Source of the DNA: a virus
Taxonomy: Duplodnaviria; Caudoviricetes
Strand: one strand, 5' to 3'
Virus record (IMG/VR): IMGVR_UViG_3300011113_000415
Length of the DNA stretch: 64,000 nucleotides
The notes under the pieces are model-generated. The model saw only the letters and a list, made by a program, of their open reading frames with translations, had not been told where the DNA came from and ran no database searches. A program made the position numbers and the translations under genes. Below, in pieces: positions 56,371-64,000 of the stretch; position 1 is the stretch's first letter, and each line of letters starts with the position of its first letter.

Positions 56371-58940
56371 TGGCACAACCGCAGTGGCAAACTGACGCAG
56401 GTCATTTGGCAACCATACCCGAAGGTCAATACTACCAGGTTCAACTGGAGGCCTCTGACCCGGATCATCCACTGGATCCTACCGCAGTGACCTATCGAGT
56501 GATTGCCGGCGCACTGCCCTTGGGCATACAATGCACCACCACAGGTTCTTTACAGGGCGTGCCATATGTGATCAACAGTATCAACAATGTGGACAGCAAG
56601 TTTGTTGTGAGAGCCAGTACTGGAACTATACCACCCCGTTTTACCGACAGAACTTTTGATTTCACTGTAATCAGCCAAGTACCACCAACATTTGTGACCC
56701 CAGCCGGCAACGTTGGCACCTTCTATGATGGTGCTCCTATCGCTCCCATACAAATAGAAATCTCCGATCCCAATCCTGGAGACAATGTGATAATTTCTTT
56801 GGCAGCAGGCAGTTTGCCCCCTGGCCTAAGCCTAAGTACAACTGGCTTGATTTCGGGATACATCATACCCTTGGTGCCCGTAAATCAAACTCCGGGTTAT
56901 GATACAACACCTTTTGATCAATACGCCTTTGATTTTTATCCCAACAGTCTCAGTACCAATTATCAGTTTACTCTAGAAGTCAATGACGGCAGAGAAACCA
57001 GTTTGAGGACGTTTGAAATCTATGTATACAGTCGCAGTAGTCTCACAGCAGACACCATTGAATTTACTGCCGACAATACATTTATCACTGCTGACGAAAC
57101 TCCTTTCTATACACCGTTCTTGGTCAATGCCGAACCCAGCAACCTAGGCCGTGTGCGCAGTGACAATTTTTGGGCCTATCAATTTGTTGGATTGGATTTC
57201 GATGACGATGTAATGGAATATATTGAATATCCTATAGATGGTAGTACCAGTACACTTCCACCTGGAACCACGCTGGATCTTCAAACTGGGTGGTTGTATG
57301 GTTATTTGCCATATCAAGGAGCCACTGAAATAACCTACAACTTTGATATAGTTGTACGAAAGGCCTATAACACACAATACAGCAGTGATCCTTATCCTTT
57401 TTCTTTGACTGTGGTAGGTCAAGTCAACACTGATGTCACTTGGTTGACTGACAGCGACCTTGGTGTGATAGAGAACGGTAGTACCAGTACACTTTATGTG
57501 GCTGCTGTAAACACACTGGGCGACCGGGTATTACAATATAGACTGCTACCAGGATCTTACCCCACACCCAACATTGGTGTATACAATAAATTACCGCAAG
57601 GTCTTGAATTGTTGTCATCTGGTGACATTGCAGGGCGTGTGAGTTTCAATACCTTTGCACTAGATCTTGGAACAACCACATTTGATTCTGGCTCCACAAC
57701 ATTTGATAGCAAGTATATATTCACAGTTAATGCTTACAGTCAGGATGGTCTAGTGAGCGTGTTCAAAACATTCTCGGTCACTGTGGCACGTGTGTACAAT
57801 GAACCTTATGAAAATCTCTACATCAAGTGCATGCCACCGCAAGCCGACCGAGACTTGATCAATCAACTTATACAAAATCAAGACATTATTCCTGTGGATT
57901 TGGTTTATCGGGCCGACGATCCTAACTTTGGTGTTGCTCGAAATGTGATCTATCAACATGCTTATGGACTCACGGCTGCCACCTACGCAGAATATGTCGG
58001 CAGTCTTTACATCAATCACTATTGGAAAAATCTTGTGCTGGGGTCCATCAAAACAGCCCAGGCCTTGGATAATGCAGGCAACGTGATCTACGAAGTGGTC
58101 TACAGTCAAGTGGTTGACAATCTAGTGAATGATTTGGGCCAAAGTGTGAGCAAGAGCGTTACCTTGCCTTATCCCATCAATCAATTTGATTCAACAGAGA
58201 TTGACACAGTGTATCCAAACAGTCTAATCAACATGAGGAATCAAGTGATTGATACAGTAGGACAAGTTGCTAATGTATTGCCACGCTGGATGCTCAGCAA
58301 ACAGGCCAATGGTCATGTGTTAGGTTTTATACCTGCTTGGGTAATCTGTTATTGCAAACCAGGAACATCAGGACGCATAGCCTATAATATTGCTCAACAG
58401 TATGGAGATCAACTTAACCGGGTAGACTTCGAAGTTGATCGTTATGAACTGGACCGACTTCTCAGTCATAATTGGGATCCTGTGGCTGACAGCACTCACG
58501 GTGCCTGGGTACCTACCCCAGCCGAAACCACATTTGATTTGAATCTACATTATGAAGTCACTGCCATTGGTGGTGGCGGAGGGTCAGGCTACGCAATTGG
58601 CAACAAGATTTCAATCCAGGGCAGTCAGTTAGGCGGTCTAGATGGTGTCAATAACGTTGTGATTACTGTTCAGGATACAGGTGTTGGGGGAAGTATAACT
58701 TTGATAAACCTACAGGGAACAGCCCCGCTATTTTCCAGTGGTAGTACCTACAACGGCATTGCCGGTACCAATATCACAGGATCGGGCACAGGTGCTACAT
58801 TTGACTTTGTGGTGGCCAGTGGCGAAATCACAACGTTTGATGCCACCAGCATGAGATTTGAGGCACCAGTAGATATGTACTCCAGTACAGACGTTTACGA
58901 TAAATATCTTGTGTTTCCCAGACGGAATATATTAGTGTAA
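56370..58940 (+). CDS. Ig/cadherin-like repeat virion protein
   Basis: Repeated GSLPPGLSL, LPQGLEL, YQFT/YNF.I beta-sandwich units. Confidence 0.75.
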   Translation: MAQPQWQTDAGHLATIPEGQYYQVQLEASDPDHPLDPTAVTYRVIAGALPLGIQCTTTGSLQGVPYVINSINNVDSKFVVRASTGTIPPRFTDRTFDFTVISQVPPTFVTPAGNVGTFYDGAPIAPIQIEISDPNPGDNVIISLAAGSLPPGLSLSTTGLISGYIIPLVPVNQTPGYDTTPFDQYAFDFYPNSLSTNYQFTLEVNDGRETSLRTFEIYVYSRSSLTADTIEFTADNTFITADETPFYTPFLVNAEPSNLGRVRSDNFWAYQFVGLDFDDDVMEYIEYPIDGSTSTLPPGTTLDLQTGWLYGYLPYQGATEITYNFDIVVRKAYNTQYSSDPYPFSLTVVGQVNTDVTWLTDSDLGVIENGSTSTLYVAAVNTLGDRVLQYRLLPGSYPTPNIGVYNKLPQGLELLSSGDIAGRVSFNTFALDLGTTTFDSGSTTFDSKYIFTVNAYSQDGLVSVFKTFSVTVARVYNEPYENLYIKCMPPQADRDLINQLIQNQDIIPVDLVYRADDPNFGVARNVIYQHAYGLTAATYAEYVGSLYINHYWKNLVLGSIKTAQALDNAGNVIYEVVYSQVVDNLVNDLGQSVSKSVTLPYPINQFDSTEIDTVYPNSLINMRNQVIDTVGQVANVLPRWMLSKQANGHVLGFIPAWVICYCKPGTSGRIAYNIAQQYGDQLNRVDFEVDRYELDRLLSHNWDPVADSTHGAWVPTPAETTFDLNLHYEVTAIGGGGGSGYAIGNKISIQGSQLGGLDGVNNVVITVQDTGVGGSITLINLQGTAPLFSSGSTYNGIAGTNITGSGTGATFDFVVASGEITTFDATSMRFEAPVDMYSSTDVYDKYLVFPRRNILV

Positions 58941-58952
58941 CAAGGACAAAAA

Positions 58953-59837
58953 ATGACCAGTGCAATTAACCCAAACGATATTGACGGCGCTTATCCAGTG
59001 GCCGGACAAGACAACGACAGCCAAGGCTTTCGTGACAATTTTACCAACACAGCAACCAATTTCCAGTACGCGGCTGATGAAATCACTGACCTGCAGAACA
59101 AGGTAGTGCTAAAGGCTGCCCTGACCGGCACATCTTTAGACAATGACATGAATGGCAGTTTGTTGTACAATTTTGAAGCCGGTCAAGTTTCTGGCACGCT
59201 GAATTTAATTGGTACTACATCAGGCACTGTGACACTGGATTGGACCAACGGCTCCTATCAAACCTTGACCACATCAGGTTCAGTCACACTGGGATTTACC
59301 AACTTCCCTGCCGCAGGTGTAAGCGCAAGTATTGTGTTGCAGATCACAGTGTCAAGCATAGCACATACCCTTACACTACCAGCCGCAGTGTCAATCGGAA
59401 CTGCAAACCTACAAGGTTATGCTGCCAATGTAATTACGTTTAACAAGACTGGCACTTATACATTTGAATTCTCGACTGTAAATGGTGGAAGCACAGTGAC
59501 CGTTATTGATTTGAATCGCAACCGAGATCCAATCTATCTGCCCAGTTCTGAAGACTTGGCAGCATCAGCGGCTGCCAATTTGAGTTTGACTACCAGTTAC
59601 TTTACCACTGCGGCTGCCGAAACTGCTACATTGGCAGCCGGTGCCAATGGACAGGTCAAGGTGTTTGCGGCCGCCAACGTGGCCGCTGGCAACATGGTTG
59701 TGACAGTTAGCAATGCGGGCTGGAAAACGTCTGGTACAGGAACTGCCACATTCAGTGCCATAGGCCAGGCTTGTACCTTTTTGTATGTCAACTCCAAATG
59801 GTACTGTATTGGCAACAACGGCGTGACATTTGCCTAA
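58953..59837 (+). CDS. Putative virion structural protein
   Basis: YPVAGQDNDSQGFRDNF; beta-rich, Thr/Ala/Gly-rich. Confidence 0.7.
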   Translation: MTSAINPNDIDGAYPVAGQDNDSQGFRDNFTNTATNFQYAADEITDLQNKVVLKAALTGTSLDNDMNGSLLYNFEAGQVSGTLNLIGTTSGTVTLDWTNGSYQTLTTSGSVTLGFTNFPAAGVSASIVLQITVSSIAHTLTLPAAVSIGTANLQGYAANVITFNKTGTYTFEFSTVNGGSTVTVIDLNRNRDPIYLPSSEDLAASAAANLSLTTSYFTTAAAETATLAAGANGQVKVFAAANVAAGNMVVTVSNAGWKTSGTGTATFSAIGQACTFLYVNSKWYCIGNNGVTFA

Positions 59838-59889
59838 TCAGCATTGACAACACATTAAAATTCCTGTATACTCTACACAAAGGAGTAAC

Positions 59890-60126
59890 ATGGAACATCC
59901 GTTCATAAACGATCTAGATGGCTTGACTCTGGAGCAACTGGGGTCCAAGATCACCGAACTCAACAAGAAACTGGGCATTGCCATGAGATCTGGCAATCCC
60001 TATCTGTGCGATCAAATTCGCATGGCACTCAACAGTTATGTCTCAAAACAACAACAAAAGATGCAGGAACTGTATAGACCCAAAGATGGTGAAGACACTT
60101 TTGAAGGCAAGATCGACATATCATGA
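59890..60126 (+). CDS. Hypothetical protein
   Basis: TTGACA-17/18-TATACT and AAGGAG upstream. Confidence 0.75.
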   Translation: MEHPFINDLDGLTLEQLGSKITELNKKLGIAMRSGNPYLCDQIRMALNSYVSKQQQKMQELYRPKDGEDTFEGKIDIS

Positions 60127-60728
60127 ACGTTAGATTAGAATATGACATGCACTGGCGTGCAGGCATTTGGTTTGAAAATTATCTGCAAATGAACAACTAT
60201 CACATAGAATTGGCCATCACAACCAACACAGCCAATGCCGAAGATCATGTTACCAGTTTGAATCGACTTAACCACTTTATCTACAACGAAATGGCCAATA
60301 CTGTGTACATTCATCAAGATGACACACAACAGATTCAAGCACTCACAGCCGCTGGGGTCAAGATTACCACCATGCCCGAACAGCCCATTGACCAAATCAT
60401 TGGTATTGCGTTATACTGCAAATTAAATGCTATCTTGCAGGCTCGCATGTTTGTGAACGGGGTGACCATACAGAGTGATCTTGGGGACAATGTGCGCTAC
60501 TTACACAATGATCATGAAAGTGTGGGACCACTAGGTCAAGAAGGTTGGTGGCAGGATGCATCACCTGCGCACTCCAATGTCAAAAACACTGCCAGCCGCA
60601 AACATGTGGTTCGCCTCAATAGAACCATGACCTGGCAGGATCTTGAAATGGAATGGTCAGATGTAGAACCACAAGACAACACCGGTAACACCGTGGTATT
60701 TGCCAAGTTTGGACCCGATGAAGACTGA
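60123..60728 (+). CDS. Hypothetical protein
   Basis: 201 aa; ATGA overlap. Confidence 0.75.
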   Translation: MNVRLEYDMHWRAGIWFENYLQMNNYHIELAITTNTANAEDHVTSLNRLNHFIYNEMANTVYIHQDDTQQIQALTAAGVKITTMPEQPIDQIIGIALYCKLNAILQARMFVNGVTIQSDLGDNVRYLHNDHESVGPLGQEGWWQDASPAHSNVKNTASRKHVVRLNRTMTWQDLEMEWSDVEPQDNTGNTVVFAKFGPDED

Positions 60729-61227
60729 CTCAGTAGGACAGATCATACTCAATGAAGCCGATCTAATCGACTTGATCATGCAAGGGCGTGATCTTGAAAG
60801 TGTGAGTGGTGCATTGGTAAATGACTCTGTGGACATAGAAGCCGCAGCCTTTTGGCTAGAGTATGTGCCTAATTTTGCACACTGGACAGAACCTGATGCT
60901 CAGGCAGTGTTTGATCACATACAACAAAGCACCTGGCACATGCCCGAAGAATACAAGAATTTAGACATTGCTGAGTACATATTGAGCCGGTGTGATACTG
61001 AAGCCCGACTGCAACGTGCAGGTGAAGAATTGCTGTTGTATCAAGAGCGTGGCCTATTTGACTTACTACGTTATCTAAAGTATCTAGTGGATGTCATGCG
61101 TGACAATCAAGTGATCTGGGGTGTGGGTCGCGGATCTAGCGTGGCAAGTTATGTGTTGTACCTGTTGGGGGTACACAGAATTGATTCAATGTACTACGAA
61201 TTAGATCCCACAGAGTTCCTGCGTTAA
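60718..61227 (+). CDS. dnaE: Stand-alone fragment of DNA polymerase III alpha
   Basis: RAGEEL...LVDVMR...WGVGRGSSVASYVLYLLGVHRID...EFLR equals the DnaE GRGS region; stops before the catalytic PDIDxD. Confidence 0.8.
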   Translation: MKTDSVGQIILNEADLIDLIMQGRDLESVSGALVNDSVDIEAAAFWLEYVPNFAHWTEPDAQAVFDHIQQSTWHMPEEYKNLDIAEYILSRCDTEARLQRAGEELLLYQERGLFDLLRYLKYLVDVMRDNQVIWGVGRGSSVASYVLYLLGVHRIDSMYYELDPTEFLR

Positions 61228-61249
61228 ATAAAATTCAAGGAGAACCGCA

Positions 61250-61651
61250 ATGACAAAAAAAACTTATCGAACTGCACAAGGTCGAGTGGTAGACCTAGGT
61301 GCCATGATGGTGCAAAACGAAACTGTTCGTGCTGTAGGCAATATGAGCGTGAATGCTCGTGGTGATATCATTGACTCACAAGACCGTGTGTTGGCCACAC
61401 GTGGCGAACAGGTAAACAGAAATCTCAATCGCCAAACCAATGCCAACCCAGGGCCTGTGCCATCCAGCAATCGTGTACCAGAAGCACCCAAATTAAGCGA
61501 AGCCGAACTGTTGGAATTGGCCCGGAAAGAACGTCAGGACAAACGTGAAGCCGTGGCACGTGGAGAAAAAGTAGAAATGAAAGGTGACCGGCCCACACAA
61601 GGACTGGCTGCCGCAATGGCCCGAGCAGAAAAACTCAAGGATCAAGAATGA
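61250..61651 (+). CDS. Hypothetical protein
   Basis: RAVGNMSVNARGD; TAAATA and AAGGAG upstream. Confidence 0.75.
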   Translation: MTKKTYRTAQGRVVDLGAMMVQNETVRAVGNMSVNARGDIIDSQDRVLATRGEQVNRNLNRQTNANPGPVPSSNRVPEAPKLSEAELLELARKERQDKREAVARGEKVEMKGDRPTQGLAAAMARAEKLKDQE

Positions 61652-62049
61652 CAAAACTGGCATATCAAGCACATCAACTGCGTCGAAAACAACTGAGACC
61701 TTTAAATGATTCAGTGATAGTGGACGAAATGGTTTTTGATGAGCGAATCACCACAGGCGGCATTGTATTGCTCAACGACAACGGCAAAAGCACAGGCATA
61801 AGACCAAGATGGGGTAAAGTATATGCTGTGGGTCCTGAGCAACAAGATGTTGCTGTAGGCGACTGGGTATGTGTAGCACATGGTCGCTGGACACGTGGTA
61901 TTGACATTGAAGATGAATCCGGTAAACACACATTGCGACGTGTGGATCCCAAAGATATCCTAATACAAACAGATGAGCAGCCTAATGACGAAACGTTCTC
62001 AACAGCCATTCATGTAGAAGCCAAACCCGATTGGATGCAACACAATTGA
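61648..62049 (+). CDS. groES: Co-chaperonin GroES-like
   Basis: LRPLNDSVIV...TTGGIVL...GKVYAVGP...VAVGDWV. Confidence 0.85.
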   Translation: MTKLAYQAHQLRRKQLRPLNDSVIVDEMVFDERITTGGIVLLNDNGKSTGIRPRWGKVYAVGPEQQDVAVGDWVCVAHGRWTRGIDIEDESGKHTLRRVDPKDILIQTDEQPNDETFSTAIHVEAKPDWMQHN

Positions 62050-62050
62050 T

Positions 62051-62287
62051 ATGAAGATAGACTGGAATGTGAATTCAGTTATCTATGAGTGCCAAAAAAT
62101 GTACCAGGGTGCTACGGATCCTTATGTGACAGGTTGGAACAATTGGCCTTGCAAACAAGATCTATATCGTGTAAAATTTGCTGTGGACGAGATGTTGCGG
62201 AATACCGGAACATTTAGTGGCGAAGCAGAATGGCTGGAAGAACAGGAAAAACAACGCATGTGGAAGGTGTTGAATGGAACCAATTAG
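62051..62287 (+). CDS. Hypothetical protein
   Basis: 78 aa. Confidence 0.7.
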   Translation: MKIDWNVNSVIYECQKMYQGATDPYVTGWNNWPCKQDLYRVKFAVDEMLRNTGTFSGEAEWLEEQEKQRMWKVLNGTN

Positions 62288-62525
62288 GCCTCCTAGAACA
62301 GTGAAGTTTTATCAATTGTTGCGAATGGCAACCAAGACCGGCTTGAATATTTCGAGTGTTGGGCAAATCAGCAATGGTTACAACTATGTGGGCACAGGTA
62401 TCTATAGTACTTTGCCAGAAGCCGAGCACCAGCGTACCTTGGAAACTCTCAAAGACACCGACGGTGGCACCAACTCCTATCACATTTTTGAACTAGAATT
62501 TCCTAACCCTGTATACCGAGAATGA
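62274..62525 (+). CDS. Hypothetical protein
   Basis: 83 aa; AAGG SD. Confidence 0.7.
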   Translation: MEPIRPPRTVKFYQLLRMATKTGLNISSVGQISNGYNYVGTGIYSTLPEAEHQRTLETLKDTDGGTNSYHIFELEFPNPVYRE

Positions 62526-62998
62526 TATTCAATCACATCAAACGACTTAAACAAGAAGGCAAACGAATTGGCATCACATTCTCCACCTTTGATCTTGGCC
62601 CCCATGCAGGGCACATTGCTATGCTGTCGGAGGCCAAGAATCACTGTGACTACCTCATCTGTGGGTTGCAAACAGATCCAACTATCGATAGACCTAAAAC
62701 TAAAAATCGCCCTATACAATCTATTGTGGAGCGACAGATACAGTTGGCCGCTTGCCGTTACGTTGATGAAGTTGTTGTATATCAAACCGAACAAGATCTT
62801 GTTGACCTCTTGCTAATTCTACCAGTTGATGTTAGAATCTTGGGTGTAGAGTACGAAGGTAAATCATTCTCAGGTGACGAGGCTTGCTGGAAACGCAATA
62901 TTGAAATTGTATTCAACAGCAGAGACCATTCATTTTCCAGTTCAAGTCTACGCAAACGTGTGGCACACGCAGAAACAGAAAAGTTATTAAAATCATGA
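62522..62998 (+). CDS. Cytidylyltransferase (TagD/glycerol-3-phosphate cytidylyltransferase-like)
   Basis: TFDLGPHAGH (HxGH), CGLQTDP, ACRYVDEV, HSFSSSSLR. Confidence 0.88.
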   Translation: MIFNHIKRLKQEGKRIGITFSTFDLGPHAGHIAMLSEAKNHCDYLICGLQTDPTIDRPKTKNRPIQSIVERQIQLAACRYVDEVVVYQTEQDLVDLLLILPVDVRILGVEYEGKSFSGDEACWKRNIEIVFNSRDHSFSSSSLRKRVAHAETEKLLKS

Positions 62999-63120
62999 GC
63001 AAAGGATCAAGACCTAGACCATTTTCAGTGGAGCAACAAGAAGAGCAAACGGGCATTATCGAAAACTTGCTAAAACCATGCAAGAACATTGGGATAAAAA
63101 TCCATGGCAGAATAATTTAG
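62995..63120 (+). CDS. Small peptide (41 aa), possibly chimeric
   Basis: MSKGSRPRPFSV...; ATGA-coupled; manual translation. Confidence 0.45.
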   Translation: MSKGSRPRPFSVEQQEEQTGIIENLLKPCKNIGIKIHGRII

Positions 63121-63482
63121 AATGTCCTATACTTCCGTTTAAAAACACACAACTGACTTATCAAGAGACATACGAGTTTGAGTTCCTTGAGGAACTTGAA
63201 TTTGATAACGGAATTGAATGGGTAGTATCAAATGTAAAACGAGGACCATCTGTATGGTATATCGATCCCACTAACAACGCCGAAAGATTGTATATTAGCG
63301 ATTTCATTATCGATAACACAGTTTATGAAATTAAGTCAAATTGGACCTGGAACAAACATGGTAAAGATTTGGTGCTAGAAGAAAAGAACAAAGCAAAGTT
63401 GACAGCCTGTATCAATCAAGGCTATAATGTAGTATTAGTTTTAAATCAAAAAAGGATATCATATGAAGGAATTATGGGTTGA
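63078..63482 (+). pseudogene. Endonuclease-like (PD-(D/E)xK) fragment, possible homing endonuclease remnant
   Basis: YISDFIIDNTVYEIKS; AT-rich; frame open upstream of ATG but closed by TAG at 63015-17. Confidence 0.55.
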
Positions 63483-64000
63483 GAAATGGAGGCCCAAAAC
63501 TGTGGACGGCTATGTGTTTGTGGACGATGCACAGCGTGAGCAAGTGGAGCAATGGATACGAGACGGTACCATCCCGCATTTGATGTTGTCAGGCCCAGCA
63601 GGCACAGGCAAAACCACCTTGGCCAAGATGCTGATCCATGAACTGGGCGTGGATGAATATGACGTCTTGTATGCCAATGGATCCAAAGAAGCACGTAAGA
63701 TCAACTGGGTTGATCAGTTGATATCGTTCTGTCAGACCATGCCTTTTGGTAACTTCAAGGTTGTACTGATTGACGAAGCAGATTATATGAACCCACAAAG
63801 TGTACAACCAGCCCTGCGCAACTTGATGGAAGACTACAGTCACTCGGTGAGATTCATTCTCACTTGTAACTATCCCAGCAAGATCATTCCTCCATTGCAT
63901 TCACGTTGCCAAACATTTCAAATACACAAGACAGATCACACAGAGTTTACTGCCAGAGCCGCAACTGTGTTGGTTTCAGAAGGGGTGGAGTTTGATTTGG
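63463..64000 (+). CDS. Clamp loader AAA+ subunit (gp44/RFC-like), 3' truncated by window
   Basis: LWVEKWRP, GPAGTGKT, LIDEAD, FILTCNY, SRC. Confidence 0.93.
   Translation, partial: MKELWVEKWRPKTVDGYVFVDDAQREQVEQWIRDGTIPHLMLSGPAGTGKTTLAKMLIHELGVDEYDVLYANGSKEARKINWVDQLISFCQTMPFGNFKVVLIDEADYMNPQSVQPALRNLMEDYSHSVRFILTCNYPSKIIPPLHSRCQTFQIHKTDHTEFTARAATVLVSEGVEFDL

Noticed and set aside
63589-63900. 103 aa minus-strand ORF
   Set aside because: Shadow of the clamp loader, which the track missed because it runs off the window
1-64000. tRNAs, CRISPR arrays, IS elements, stop-codon recoding
   Set aside because: No cloverleaf/TTCGAA-CCA patterns, spacer-repeat arrays or transposases seen by eye; conserved genes are intact in the standard code and end in TAA, TGA or TAG. 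tRNAscan-SE and CRISPR finders would confirm

Overview
A gene-dense 64 kb segment of a large T4-like (jumbo) dsDNA phage genome, read with the standard genetic code. I found no tRNAs, CRISPR arrays or transposons by eye. The phage call rests on TA(A/T)ATA/TAAGTA late-type promoters, many sigma70-like TTGAC-N17-TATAAT early promoters, long runs of small overlapping hypothetical ORFs, tail/baseplate-like genes and a gp44/RFC-like clamp loader. Host-derived genes (PstS, ErpA, phasin-like) look proteobacterial, possibly betaproteobacterial (inference). Functional blocks: protein quality control (ClpX, two ClpP, ClpS, Hsp20, GroES, YccA/BI-1, ATE/Bpt-like transferase); translation (bS21, IF-1); phosphate starvation (PstS, PlcP-like phospholipase plus GT4 glycosyltransferase, each unit behind a Pho box joined to a phage late-type -10); sugar and surface modification (UDP-sugar dehydrogenase, amidinotransferase, glycosyltransferases, radical SAM enzymes); repair and redox (UvsE, SOD, NadE); and a stand-alone DnaE fragment. 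Best leads: the Pho-controlled PstS/PlcP/Agt lipid-remodelling module, a ~180 nt structured non-coding leader at 1915-2096, a family of about 11 small paralogues ending in F-x-(L/M)-(K/R)-W or a close variant, a three-gene ATE-like module, and a helically phased palindrome upstream of early promoters. All protein assignments come from motif recognition, not database searches.
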